DNA from: Ptychomitrium polyphyllum | Taxonomy: Eukaryota | Assembly (NCBI GenBank): GCA_973851085.1 | Contig: OZ316775.1 | Location: 14,880,001 to 14,944,000, forward strand | DNA: 64,000 nucleotides | Direction of reading: 5' to 3' | Shown: positions 1 through 13,400 of the stretch, piece after piece | Layout: every line of letters starts with the position of its first letter | How positions within the stretch are numbered: the stretch's first letter is position 1 | Notes under the pieces: model-generated | The model's input: only the letters and a program-made list of their open reading frames with translations | Told to the model about the DNA's origin: nothing | Databases searched by the model: none | Translations under genes and position numbers: made by a program

Positions 1-1510
1 ATATCCACATCCTTTCGAAGAGATTCCTCCCATCGTGCCTGAAGATCAATCCCAACGCACCACTGCAGTACATCCATGTCATTGACGTGAGTCTTTTTCT
101 AGAATTCCGACCAAGCGTTGTATCTGGTTCTTCCCTATCCTTGCTTGCAATTCTATAAACTTACCAACAAGGTAACCCGCTAATGAACCTCTTGGTGCCA
201 GATTTCATTTTCGTTGAATCATCCAATGCAGGGCTTCAGACCAAGCAAACCTGGTTGAGATGGAATCTGAATCTGGTAGATGTTTGGTTCTCATTGATCC
301 ATGTAGAAGTGAGATTGGCTTGGTCTTCCACTCTAGGCACGCATTCTCACATAACAACCGCTCTAGCTCATATCTCCACCGAGCTGCTGCCGTCCAAGCT
401 GCTTGCATAGCATGACCAATCCATACAAAAGTTACTTGCCAATTGCAGGCTTATATAGCTCAAAATCCTGGAAGTTGAAACTATCTTGGTACGGTTGGAT
501 TCAATGCATACCAGTGAGGCTGTTTCCGTGATTGGACCAAGCTCAGTGAATCACCGCCACTATGTACCGTATTCGAGAATAGTCTTCACGCATGTGTTGA
601 TTATAAACTCGGTCTTATTTGGATTACCCCCTCGGGCCTTTTTGGACCACCGTGACCTTTTCTTTTGCATTCTTTGGGCCCAAATGGTGTGACAAGCACA
701 AAAATGACCCTTTCTCAAGGGGCTTGCTTGGATTCTGGCTCCCCTTCCCACCTGGCAACATGATCACTTCAAGTTTGGGCTCCATAAGCTAGTATACATC
801 ATCACCTTCCTGACTCATGAATTGAGTATTCAGCACCTCACTTCTGGGACTGTCTTCTGGGACTTCTGAACATGAACTAGGTTAAATTATTCCCAGTGGA
901 TTCTGAGATATCGACAAGAGAGGTGACCCCATTAAAATCCTCCGTACAATTATAAGGCTGCACTGCAAGTTGCAACCTAGCATCCACTTCCAGTCGTTTA
1001 CTTTTATATTCAAGTTTATCTGAAATGGAATGTTCTTTTCTGATCTGGAGTTGGAGGGGTTATATTGATAATCATCTTTTCTGATCTGAAATTGGAGGGG
1101 TTACATGGATAATCATGTACTTCCCTGCTTTTCTGTTGATTAATACTGCTATGTTAAAATCTTGAAAAGAAGTTTGAAATACCCTTTGGATCAATGGTTG
1201 AAAATGGTAACTTAGAATAATTTTCATTGGTTTGGGCTTTTAAGAAATTAGGCAGTAAATGTGGCATGTGCTCTTGTATTAGAGAAAAAACCATATTAAA
1301 ATCTTTGTTGAATCTTTTTTGAAACAGAGGCTAGATTTCAATACTAATGCAAGGGTAGCCAAACACAACAATCCAAGTCACCCAAGGTGGGCTACTAGTG
1401 AAGTTCCTGAAGGATGTTGAATCTTCTTTTTTAAAAGGTACTTCTTTCCGTTATTCTAGGACGCTATGATTCAATACTTAAGTCTAAATTGTAGGAGTGG
1501 ATTTATAAGC
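1..1510 (-). mobile_element. Degenerate LINE (L1/Tx1-like) retrotransposon, ORF2 APE-endonuclease relic, running off the left edge of the window
   Basis: Minus-strand translation, with stops and frameshifts, gives APE motifs in the right order: L*IHSYNLD (~1500; cf. LKIxSWNVRG), ILQELH (~1405; cf. LQETH), PYNCTEDFN (~940; cf. PWxxxGDFN), SK*DRVY (~610; cf. SRLDRxY) and WSNH (~530; cf. SDH). Confidence 0.55.
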
Positions 1511-2499
1511 TTAGAAAAGTACAGGTTGGAACATGAGCTGAGGCTTGAGCTGCCCCACTGCTGGACGTGGATTTCAGAGATTGCGGATTTGCCTTTGGTT
1601 GGTGATGAAGTTGGCCGGGTGATCACTGCAGCTGGTGGGGGTCGGAACCTGGGAGGTGGACCGGGTGACGCACAAACCTCGTTAGCTGTCAGTAATGGCA
1701 AGGACCCTTGTCCACCAGGTGTTACCCCACAGTCTGACCTCGGGAGTTGCTCCTTCTCCTTGAGTCGTACATTGTAATTCAATCAACAGTACTGGTTATG
1801 ATCTCCTGATGTCATGGATCTCATGGATACCTCAGAAAAAAGGGAGCATGGATGACAGATGAAATTTTTTAACGTGGTAGCATGAAATCAGCAGAGGGAA
1901 AAAAGGGTCTGTGAACAGTAAACTGTATGTTCAAGATAGTTGGTGGCACTACTCCCAAGGGAGGTGGTGCTATTTGTGTTTAAGCTAAATCATTGCAGAC
2001 ACTCTGAGTTGCTGCAGAGAACCAGCTAGAGAATTTTGACAGGTGACAAATTGTTGGGATAGCTTACTATTCCTTCTTGACAGCCACAATCAAACTGCAG
2101 GAAATTTCTGCAGATTTCTATAGTGATATTTTCATGTACGTCAGAGTTTCTCCTCAAGAAAGCAAGTTATCATAAGTAACACTTTCTGATAACAGTTGAA
2201 GGTAGAGATGTGTCATATCAAGTGTGGCAGAAGTTTGTGTGATGATAGACTTGAGTGGCTGCACTTCAGATGTCCTCCATGTTGTACTATTTGAATAACA
2301 TGAAACAGTAAGGAGATCACTCTGGATTCGCTTGGGGCTTGATACTCATGGATACAACGTAAACTACTTCAGAGGTGATAATAGTTTTGACTCCTGTTGT
2401 GTATAGAAAGGAACACATAGTTCCTCTACAAGCCATGCACTTGTATACACTAGTAAAGTCAATGCCACAGCACAGGGGCTATAACCCACCTGGAGTAAT

Positions 2500-5400
2500 G
2501 TAACCTTACCTGGCCGACCCCCTCCCCAAGCAGGTCAACTATTGGGGATAATGTTACGTTCAATTTTGGCACGGTGCCTAGTTGTTAAATGTCATCACAT
2601 AATTCAATAAAATACAAATGATGGATTTTATAATGCTAAAATGACTCAAGGTCATTGATGAAAAGGTAGAAATTTATGACAAAATGTCTTCTACTTTGAG
2701 TTTCAAAACTAAAACCTCAATATAAACTCATTAAAAAAAGAGTTCAAAAACAAATGACCAATAATGGTTTGAAGAATGAATCAACAAATATTTTTATTTA
2801 GAAAAACACGTGTTTGATAATCTCCTAAACATAGTTTTATCTTTAGTAAAATCACAATTTCCTAAATACGAATTGATTGCTAGCACTAAAATACCAAATC
2901 TATTGATGTTGATCATATAGATGAATTAAATGCTTACCAATTAGTTTTTCTATAAAATTTTATGTGTATTGAGTGAATTTGATAATATCATAATAAATTT
3001 TGATGGAAAATTATGGAACATAATTTTTGAAAATTGCATTGTTTTTCTTTTTCTTCTTTGATCTTTCTAAGATGATTGAAAAGTTCCAAAATCTAGTAGT
3101 AAATTTCATTAAATATCTAATGAAATTATTAGCATTCAATTTCACCCACTTTATTAGAGTTTATGTACACTTAGACAAGGAAAAATCACCCTATTTAGTA
3201 CCAAGATACTTGAATTGAAACTTTAATGATATACCATTATTAAAAAAACTAAGGTTCATCAAAAGGTTAAGGTAATGAAAAGCTTCGCACTAAATAGTAT
3301 TGATGGATATGCCTCTTTTAAAAAACTACAATTTGAGGTGGTTGATGGTCAATCATGGTAATATAATTGGATTCTAACTCAATGCAAGTTTATCAAGCTA
3401 AGAAAAAATCAACAAAGCCTTGCCAATTGAAAGCACCCATTTGCACCATGTCACATAGGACTTGAATCACTCTACATTCCCATTTGCATTCAACAACCTA
3501 CCAAAATTTATTTTTTGTGTTTTAGTGATTATTACCTTATAGTAGATAATAATAGAAAAAATAAGTCATTGGGGGCATAGTTTACTCCACATACTTGTAC
3601 CTTCGTGACTTCAAATAGAAAACACTAAGTATTAAAACACATGCATGGCACAGAGTGGCACACCAACAAGAAAGAAGATGGTTATGCAAAGTTACTCTTG
3701 AGCAAATGGCCCTTCCTGCTTTGCCACATTCCAAGTACAAAATGTGGAGCATTCTGCCTTCCGTTCATTCTCTGTCTTTTGTAGACAAAGTGGGGTGCTC
3801 CCATTTTCATCCATCCATGATGCTGGAAAATTGACATTTTGAGAGTTGCGGCACCCCTGTTGTACAGAAGTTGTGGAGAAGCAACAGTAGTAACTGACCA
3901 GATCCCAGTACTGCATTACATTTTACATGTCACAGGGACTCTGCAAGAGACAATGTTTGAGGCTTGAAGGATTTGTATGTACTGTACAGAGCACAGATGT
4001 GCACTACACATATGTTTCTTCCCCATTTGATACTTGCGCTTTTGCCAGTGCCCTCTACTTACTGATATTCAATTTGTACCAGTGAGGGATTTAGTTGCCT
4101 CCAGCACGGAGTTGCATTCAGCTGGGCAGCTCCTTTGGAGCCCTTCCTTGTACATTTTTACTACTCAAGATTTCAAATTATGTCAGTCCTGGAAGATTAT
4201 TGAGCATAAACAACCAGCGGTTACAACTACCTGCTGTAATTACTTGTGTGACTCCCATTCATTTCACAAGGTTGAATATTGAATAAATGATATATGATAT
4301 AATAGGCTTTTTTTCATATTTGTTTGTTTTAGGTTCTATAGCACAAATTGGGATATAAAATTATAATTATTTAAAGTTTTAAGGAATCTAATAATTTAGC
4401 GCATATAATGCATTTGAGGTTCTAATCATTTAGCGCCAAAAATTAAAAATTAGTAAGATTGAAAAATTATGAAAAAAGGAAGTTAAATACCTACTCTTGG
4501 ATTGGCAAACTTCCTAGGTTGCTCCCATGTAGAATCACAGCATTTGGGGCCTCCACCCACTCTAATAGTTGATGCGCTAATATGGTACATAACATTCTTC
4601 AGCACTAGAAGTAACTTGCACTTCTCCTTGGAAAGTTAAAAATCAACAATAAATTATGGTCATATGTTCATGATAATGAATGGATGGAAGCATGATTCAA
4701 ATTTGGTAATTTGGCACAGAAACTTTCTCAATCTTCATTTGAACAATTTTTTCACTATGAAATGATACCTTTGAATGGTTCCTTGAGGAAATGGGTGTCC
4801 AAGAACGTTATGACAACTCTGGTGAGACTTTTTCAAGTTCCTCAATTTTAGTTGAAGGGCTCCTAAGAAAGGAGCAGAGGGTACTCACTCCCTTGTTTTC
4901 TGTAGTTGTACACCAACTACACCAAGACCGTTGAAGGGCCCCTTTGTTGATCCAGTCTCAGAGAACATGAATAAAGTGATTGATCTGGTCAGCTGTTACC
5001 TCTACAATTGCAATTCAGCTGTTACCTCTACAATTGCAATTCAGCTGTTGTTTCTCATGTACTCTAGTTCAGAAACTATTCCAATGCACAAGAGCATCTT
5101 GGCTTGTATGGCTGCCTAACTGAAAACATTGTCTTTGTTTCCAGAAGAAAACAATTATCACTGCAATAAAAGAGTTCTCCACGGTCATGAATTCATATTA
5201 AAAAAATAAATAAAATTCAACGTGGCAGAGTGTCGCTGATGCTGATATGAGTATCACATACCATAGTCACCAGTAAGTGAACAAGATCTAAGAGGCGCTT
5301 ACAAGAATTGAGGAATTGTTAAAATTAGTAGGTTTTATATGCCAACACATGAAACATTAATATGATTTTATTCCAAAACATCAGAAAAGAATAGTAAATC

Positions 5401-7500
5401 AATGATTTGGGTTATATGATATGGAAAACTGTCCAATCAGAAAGCAGGCACAGTGTAACAATGACTTGTATTGCAACCTATGAGTTGTTTGTTATGGTAA
5501 TCAAGTTCACATGCTTTTAGTTTCATGAAAATCAACTTACCATGTGAGATTATACATATTTTTTTTAATCTTTTTAATATTTTATAAAAGAATTCAATAT
5601 ATGTATAAAAATTTATCCAAACATCATAACCCATATGAAGTTTTGTAAAATGAATATAATCTTTTGTAAGATTCATCTTATCATAGAACCCAATTGCAAT
5701 CTGTGAAATTTAAAGCAAGCATTAAACACACATCCTTTATTAACATTAACATACTTAGTTTTGAAGGTTTGGAACAAAATCATCAATATAAATCCATATT
5801 ATAATGACCAAGTCATTTTATTTGTTTACATTAGAGAATAAAAATTACATCATGAATTGGAATAATCATTAAAGAACAATAAAAACCAGAAATTTTCCTT
5901 CATTGGTTGCATGGATGGAACCTGAAAAAATATTATTTTACATTTAGAATTTGAAAATGTAAAGGTGTTACTATTTGTTCATCCAATTTTATTGCTTTTT
6001 CGCTCTTTTGCTTTTCAACAATTGTGTATACTTTATACAATGATTTTTCCTTCATTTTAGCTTATAAGAAGTAATTGTATATACTATATTGTTTCAATGA
6101 AAGTATAATAGCCCTTAAAGGTCCAATTTGTAAGTCACATGGTTTTGATTAAAATCTTGCACTGAGTTTGAATGTGATGAAGTTGGAGAGAAAAATTGTA
6201 ATTTAAATCTTAATTTATAATGTATTTTATGACTTTTTAGTCTAAACAATACATGAAAGAAACACACATGGATGAATGAAACTGTGCAATGTGCACAATT
6301 GGTGTGCTTAATTTGTCTCACAAAACAACAGAAGCTTCCTTATATTTCCTTTCAAAATTAAAAAACATATTCTTCATTTGCTGCCCAGACATGCCAGTGA
6401 AATTATATGGCAGTGTGAGGTCATGATGTTCCAGTCCACCTTGTCCTGTACAACTACTGTCTGGATAACTTCCAATGTTAGGTGTGACTTCTTGCACCTG
6501 TGATAGTAACCAATTACTGTACATTTGAACAGCACAGTACCTGTGTGAAATTTGTAGTGGAATGTTTCAAAATCACATTTGTACAAGGGGCAGCAGTACA
6601 ACCATGCCTTATTATTATCAGTTTCGAAGTCAATAGTGCCTTAGGGACCTGCTTTAGTTGTGACATTTAGCCTTTAAAATATGTAGCTGACTACATACAC
6701 AGTCAAATGGTTGCATAGAGAGCCTGGTCACAAACTTGTAATGTCATGTTCATGTTGGTAATTGAAGATATGACAGATCATTCCATTGAAAATATGGGAA
6801 TAATTCACAGATACTTGGTGTTGCTTACAGTGTATCAGTATCATCAAATGTGGGTCCCACCAAGCAGAAACTCTGCAGAGAATATGTTGGTTAGGCAATG
6901 ATATTCCAACTCCACTGCAAATGAACCAACTGAATCAAGTGAATCAACAAATCAACTTCATTGATTCACACTGGTCCTCCAGACTGTGTTCTTTCTGTCC
7001 TTACAGGACGTAAAAAGAACCATTTAAAGACTTGCATTATCCAGGCCAGAATGCCCTAGTCTCTGCTGAAATCATTAAGTGATCATCAGAAATTTGGTGC
7101 AGAAAACCATCTTATAAAAGACAGAAACTGGTCACTTGAACTTTTGACTCAAGTGCAGTGATTTGAAGGCCATGGATTGACATAAGTTACTGACCACTGT
7201 AGTCAGGTCACCAGCTGAAAATTGTCGTCTATTGTGACAGTTTGGTAGCGGAGGGAAAGTGACAAACACCACAAAACACATCACTGGGAGAATAGCAACC
7301 AAACACATCTGCTAATTTTTTTTTGTGAAGAGTATGACTCTCTTACTCAGACTTACTGGCAGCACTTTCTGATTTGGACCCTGTTGTTAAGTACAAGTAT
7401 TCATTGTGGGATTGTACACCCTTGTATGTGTATCATTGAGAATCAAACTCACCATACTCAAGCATGGATAACTTCAAGATAACTTGATATGAGTTCACAA
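2500..7500. mobile_element. AT-rich block of decayed transposon debris; a possible MULE-like transposase relic on the minus strand at ~6300-7300
   Basis: No intact ORF. Minus-strand fragments such as DDNFQLVT* (~7220) and KFLMI..SAETRAFWP..GSFYVL (~7010-7100) weakly resemble MULE DDE-domain motifs. Boundaries are not resolved. Confidence 0.3.
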
Positions 7501-8863
7501 TTTCACAAATCCTTTGAAATTTCTACAGGTCCTTTTCGCACACCAAAAAAATCTAATCTTTGCATTTACTTTCTACTTATCCCAAAGCTTTATTATGCTA
7601 CTCAAAGTGAAACCTTTTATGTGAACGTTCAACAACATGAGCATTAATTTTAGTGGTATTCTAGAACCTTCTGAATATAAGAAGTAAAAACCACACAAAC
7701 TAGAACGAAAAATATGCTGATTGTAATCAGTTTGCAAGGTTGGTATAATCACCTTAGTTAACATGCAGACACAAGTCACACTTCCCAAGATGGACCAATG
7801 CAAGGACAGTAGGAATGGAAGCCTCAGGAGGGACATCCCTTACCAGCTCACCAGGTGAAGGTATGAAAAGCAAAGCCACCAGAAGCTATTTTGGATTTTG
7901 CCATATATAATGCTGCTCCACTACATGAACCTGCAAATGCCACCATGCCACCATAGTGGGAAGCCATCTTGGTTGCCAAGCCCTTTCTGCCGCCTGGCAA
8001 CTCCAATTCATACAAACTCCAGATATGGTGAAAATCAAGGACCCCCAAATTGGAAACCACCCCCAACACCATAGTTATCATTACCCGGAATGGGCTCCTG
8101 GTAATGATAATCTCTATTCCAAAAAGATCCACGATCTGCCAACAGCCCCATCTTTACTTGGCTGCACCACCCCAGTACGTCAACCGGCGTCAGACTGCGG
8201 TAGTCCACGTGTCAAAACAGGCGCCAGATGCCGCCCCGAATGACGCCGCCTGGCTACCCGATCAGGGACGCTGACTATCGGATCCAACAATCTGACAATC
8301 CTCTTAAAATTATTATCCAGGCTAGATGTCATATCGAAAATGCATGCAAATCCTAGATTGCGGGTCCTGTGTCCGGGGTCGGGGGTGGCGTCCGTTGCCA
8401 TCGGCGGTAGCGGCGGCGCGGCGTGACTGGCTGAGGCCTGCGCGGTTGCTCGCTCGCTGGTGGCCTGGCTTGCAGCGCAGAGGTGTCCGCTGGTCGGGAA
8501 TGCGGCGCGGCTAGATTGAGCATGCTCGCTGCCAGGCAGAGGGTGTGTCGCGTCCCCATCGCCGTGGCTGCTCGGAGCGTCTGAGTTCCCGCGACGCTGT
8601 GCCCAATGTGCTCGCTTCACAGGTATTCTTTTGCTCGAAGTTTTCTCCCAGCTATCCATTGTTGCTATTTTAGCGTACGCGGGCGCTTTCAGATTTGCCT
8701 CATCGTGCAACTCAATTCAAATTTTCTTGATGGTTATTGTGTCGAGCTTGTGGTGTTTTCAAATTGCTGGGCGCCTGGTTTGGCGCTCTTGTTGTTACCG
8801 ACGTTGAGGTGCATGCTCTTTACGTATGTCAATACGTGGGTGCCGGCGTGGATTGTAGCTCTG

Positions 8864-8874
8864 GTGTGTGTATA

Positions 8875-8933
<59 letters not shown>

Positions 8934-8943
8934 GAGAGAGGAG
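8864..8943. repeat. Compound (GT)n/(GA)n microsatellite upstream of the glycine-rich gene
   Basis: Imperfect GT run followed by about 20 uninterrupted GA units, read directly. Confidence 0.95.
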
Positions 8944-10471
8944 GATTTGATGAGGAGAGTTTTTTCTTTCTCGTGAAGGTTTTCTTTGAATGCGGCGGCT
9001 TTAGTCGGCGAGGTTTTTACTTCATTGAGGGGAGCGTCGCCACCAATCAGCGCCTTCTTTCAGCGATCACGAGTTTCCTTGATCGTGACCAGCAGGTTTG
9101 AATACGCGCTTTTGATGTGGGTTGAGACCGTTGCGAGTCGATTGGAGACGGAGTGTGACATGTGATGGAAGATCTGTAAGCGCGTACGTGTTGAGCCGAA
9201 AAGAATTATGAAGAGTGGAAGCCTCAGATAGTGGGAGCCGTAATACAGCGAACATCCGATGCGCACCGGTTTTGCGTCCTAGTTGCGGTGCCGGGTCGCA
9301 TGTAGCTTCTCAGTTGGGTATAGCTTCCTATTAATCTCTCCCGTTGGGGGGGCCAGAGGAGAAAGGTTGCAGTGCGGAATTGCGCCCAAGCAGTTGGTGC
9401 CGGCCATTGCCATTGGGGAAAAAACATTGTGAGTTGACCTTTCTTGTTCGGTGAGCCCTCGATAAGCTTTCAGGCACCCATTGCATGGAGAGTTGGTAGT
9501 TGAACAGCCAGTGCGTCCGCATTTCATCAACCCTTGTTGTGAACTCTGCGCACGTGCCACGTAGAGCTCGCCACCAACCCGTCTCTTGTTTCGCTCTTCT
9601 CTCGCAACAGAATAGGGGGTCCATCTGTGTCATGAATTTGAGGAGAACTTGTAGAGTTCGCTCTGCGTGAGATCGGACGTGCCGTTCTGCTCACGTAGTT
9701 TCATGGTTAAAGTTGTCGAAGAGTTCGACAATAAGTTGCTGACTGACGAATTACGCAGCCATTTTCGAGGAAGCGGGAGAAAAGCCCCCGAAGTCGCATT
9801 TGGTTGCTTTCCAGGAGGGCCCACGTCGTCATAGAGCGTCGCAGTTGCTGTCAGAAGGGAGCTTAAAGAGGCCCCTTGTCGCTTGACGCTTCCGTGTGCC
9901 GATCGGCGTACTATACGCCACATTTTGTGGGGTACACTACGTGCCGATTCTGGTCCACGACAATGACACACGAAAACCGAAAGTGCAAAGCCAACTTACT
10001 GATAAGAGATTTCCTCTTTTGGAGGACTAGATTGACTCCTCCCTTATTCATGGCGCACATCTAATAATTGGCTTACTCGCACGCTTTGTTTTTGTTTTTA
10101 CCTTGTTCTATGTTGGGGTCGGCAAGTTCAATCGAACATTACTGTTGATGTGGTCTTGGCAGAATGGCATGCACATGAAGGAGAGTAGTTGAGGATTTCG
10201 ATTCATGGCGCAGTGAGCAGGTGATTGATTGGCACAAGCCATTTTTATGGCTCGTCGGAACGAAGGTGCATTGGAGATGAGGAGGGAGGCGATTTTGAAG
10301 TAAGAGGGCAATGGGGTGTTGGAGCTTCGTAAGCGACCGATGGCGCGTTGCAGTAGACTAGTTGAGATATCAGAAATGTTTGCTCAATTGGGGGCTCTTG
10401 GGTGCACGGAGCAATCCATGAGTGAGGAATCAAGGGTGAGGGTGGTGTGACTATGAGGAAGACAGGTCAGA

Positions 10472-13400
10472 ATGAAGGCCCCCAATTCTCGAGGTCTATG
10501 TTCAGGAATTTTCCATTACCTTATAGTTCTCGTGTCACTACCGATAATCTCCACAGGCGTGGCCTCAGAGAGCGTTTTTCTTCAGTCTGTTGCGCCGCGT
10601 AGCGCCTCGTCCAGCTTTGGGGTTGAGGGATTGATTTCGTGGGGGCCGCCTAAGCCGCGATGCGATCCATCGCAGCCGGCCTTCGATGTTAAGTGTTATG
10701 CGAAGCTGATGAATCAGTCGCTGGGTTGCGAGTCTGATCTTAGAGGAGTGGGGTCCTTGGACACGTTGTGTAGGGTGAGGTCGTCAGTCACCCTTGCACC
10801 CAGCTCCATCATCGTTGGGGCAGGAACCCTAGAGATCGCTCATCATGTGTCGCTCGGCTGTACAAGGCCAGGATGCGAGATTATCCTCTTGTTGTCTGGA
10901 AACCTCATTTTGAGCCCCGATTCTACGATCAGCGGTGGCACTGTGACAATCCAAGCTGCGAATATTACAATACAGGACAGGTCTTCCATCAACACCACGG
11001 CGTTGGCGGGAACCCCGCCCCCAGGAACGAGTGGAACACCATCGAATTTTGAGGGCGCAGGGGGCGGCCATGGCGGCCGCGGGGCCTCCTGCGAGCGGAA
11101 CGAGGGTAAAGATCAAGGAGATGTGTGGGGAGGGGACATGTACGAGTGGGAAACGCTCGCCACGCCATGGAGCCATGGCAGCCGAGGCGGCACCACTGAG
11201 GAGCAGAAATTTGACCTCGGTGGTGCAGGAGGAGGTCGCATTGCCATCTCTACCGGGGAGTTACTGATCAATGGTTTCATCGAGGCCGATGGAGGCTCCG
11301 TTGGAGTGAAGGGCGGTGGTGGCTCCGGCGGCAGTATTGTGATCAAAGCCCGAAACATGTAAGTAATCTGCTCTTTTTTAACGCTATCTTGATTGGTCTT
11401 CGCCTGGACCATTTTGCTTGGGCCAGCTATGATGCGCTTTCGAATTTAAGGCGTAGTATTCCAATGCGGCATAGTTGCAGTTTGCTTCTCAGCTTACTCT
11501 GTAGATTTTCGACTCCTGTAGTTTGGTATGAAAGATATTTTAAAATTGCTTTTAGTCTCGTAGTTAGTCTTCTAGCCGTTTGAATTGTTCAATGAAGCAA
11601 CTGAGCTGCAATTGTGGGAGATGAGGAATCACTGTCAAATGTCGTATAATTACTTGAATTTCTCTTTGTTGAATTTGATTTGTTGTGAAATTTCAGCGAT
11701 GGGAAGGATGGAACGATCTCTGCTTCTGGAGGGAGAGGACGGGGTGGTGGTGGAGGCGGTCGTGTGTCCATTGACTACGAGCTTTTAGAGGGCGTTAGCA
11801 TCTTCTACCATGGTCAAAATTCTGCAATAACCTTCTGCTTCTGAGAGGAGACGTTCCTTGTGTATTGATAAATAACGAGTCTATTATTGTTAAGTAGTCT
11901 ATTTTTGGAAATATTTTCTGGATGGGTGCTGTGGTTTAAATCCTATCTTAGCCTGGGTATTAGCTGATGAACTCTATTCCGTATTTGCAGGTGGGGATAG
12001 TTTAGGCTGTCCACAGAATGCTGGGGCTGCAGGCACTCTGTTTGATGTGATATCTCAATCCTTGATCGTATCGAACAATAATAAGAAAAGCAAGACTGAT
12101 ACTGTGCTTTTAGCATTCCCTGTTCCGCCTCTTTGGGGGAGTGTTGTTATTAAAGAATCGGCTAGGATTGGAATTCCATTGCAGTGGAGTACGATTTGGG
12201 TAAGTTTCGTCACTCTGTTTAATACTGATATTATGTAGAATAAGTGGTGTAGTGAATATCTAATTGGAAGCATAAGACTTCACCAATGATAACAAGCTTT
12301 AGCAAACCGATCAAGCTGGACACAAACAGTTTAGTAATTCGCCAATGTGTACAGTAAACTATAGATTTCCTTTATTTGATGGACGTATCCTAATCGTCAA
12401 GCTCTTATTAATCAGTCAAAATCCCTTCTATGTGGTCTTTTGGCAATCATTTTTCAATGTTCAATCGTTTACATTCTAATTGGGTCTGAGTTTTAAAGAC
12501 ATGGATGAGTTCCTAATCTCTTTGTGAACATTATAGGTGATCGGACAAGTGAAACTGATGTCTGAGAGCGTGCTAGTTTTTGGACTTGTCGAAAGTTCCA
12601 GCTCGGAATTGGATTTGATGGCAAATGATTTTGTCATGGAAAATTCAACTTTATTGGTACGTTAATGTTGGTTTCCTTCTTGTACTAGGACTTCGATTAC
12701 ACACTCTGTCTCTTCATGGTTTATGGTACTCACTTTTACCAGCTTTGTTGATAGGTCTATGGAGCGCTGCGGTTGTCGGCAAAGATGCTTTCAATGACGA
12801 ACTCACATATTGATATCATAGCTAGCCAAGAGAACTTGATGGTTGTGACTTCAACTGTTGAAGGAAGCCATTTGGCATATATTCAAGTGAGTGATATGTT
12901 TACTTAGCTTATAGATGTTGATGAATTCTGCATTTGATCCCATAACTCTTGCGGATTGCAGTTCACTTGGTTGGTCTTATTAAGTCTTGTGTATTTTGCA
13001 TTGTGAGTGATGCTTTTGTTGTGGATGCGATGTGTAGGGAGGATCGGCAATTAGGTCAAATGCAAATCTTGCGGTTTATGGACAGGGGCTCTTGCAATTA
13101 CAAGGTTCTGGAGACACTATTATGGCACAACGGTTGTTTGTCTCCTTATTCTTCAATATCATTGTAAGTTCTGGCCTCAAACCTGCTGTCATGAACCACA
13201 CATGACAGTATTTTAAGATTGTGATATACTCAAAAAATCGAAGGACATCTTGGTGAGTCTGGGTTAGTAGTATGCTCTGATATCAGGACCAGCATCCTCA
13301 CTAGGAGGTCTTGTGCAGGTGGGGCCAGGTGCCGTTCTGCGGGCGCCAGTAGAGACTGATTCTCCCATCCAAGACCAGTAAGTTTTACTTCATTAGATAA

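Noticed and set aside
3690..5120. hAT transposase relic (CSAHL motif on the minus strand near 4000)
   Set aside because: A single short motif with no convincing neighbouring motifs; left as unassigned TE debris.
8180..8976. Several 60-176 aa ORFs, including poly-RE
   Set aside because: By-products of GC-rich promoter sequence and the GA microsatellite.
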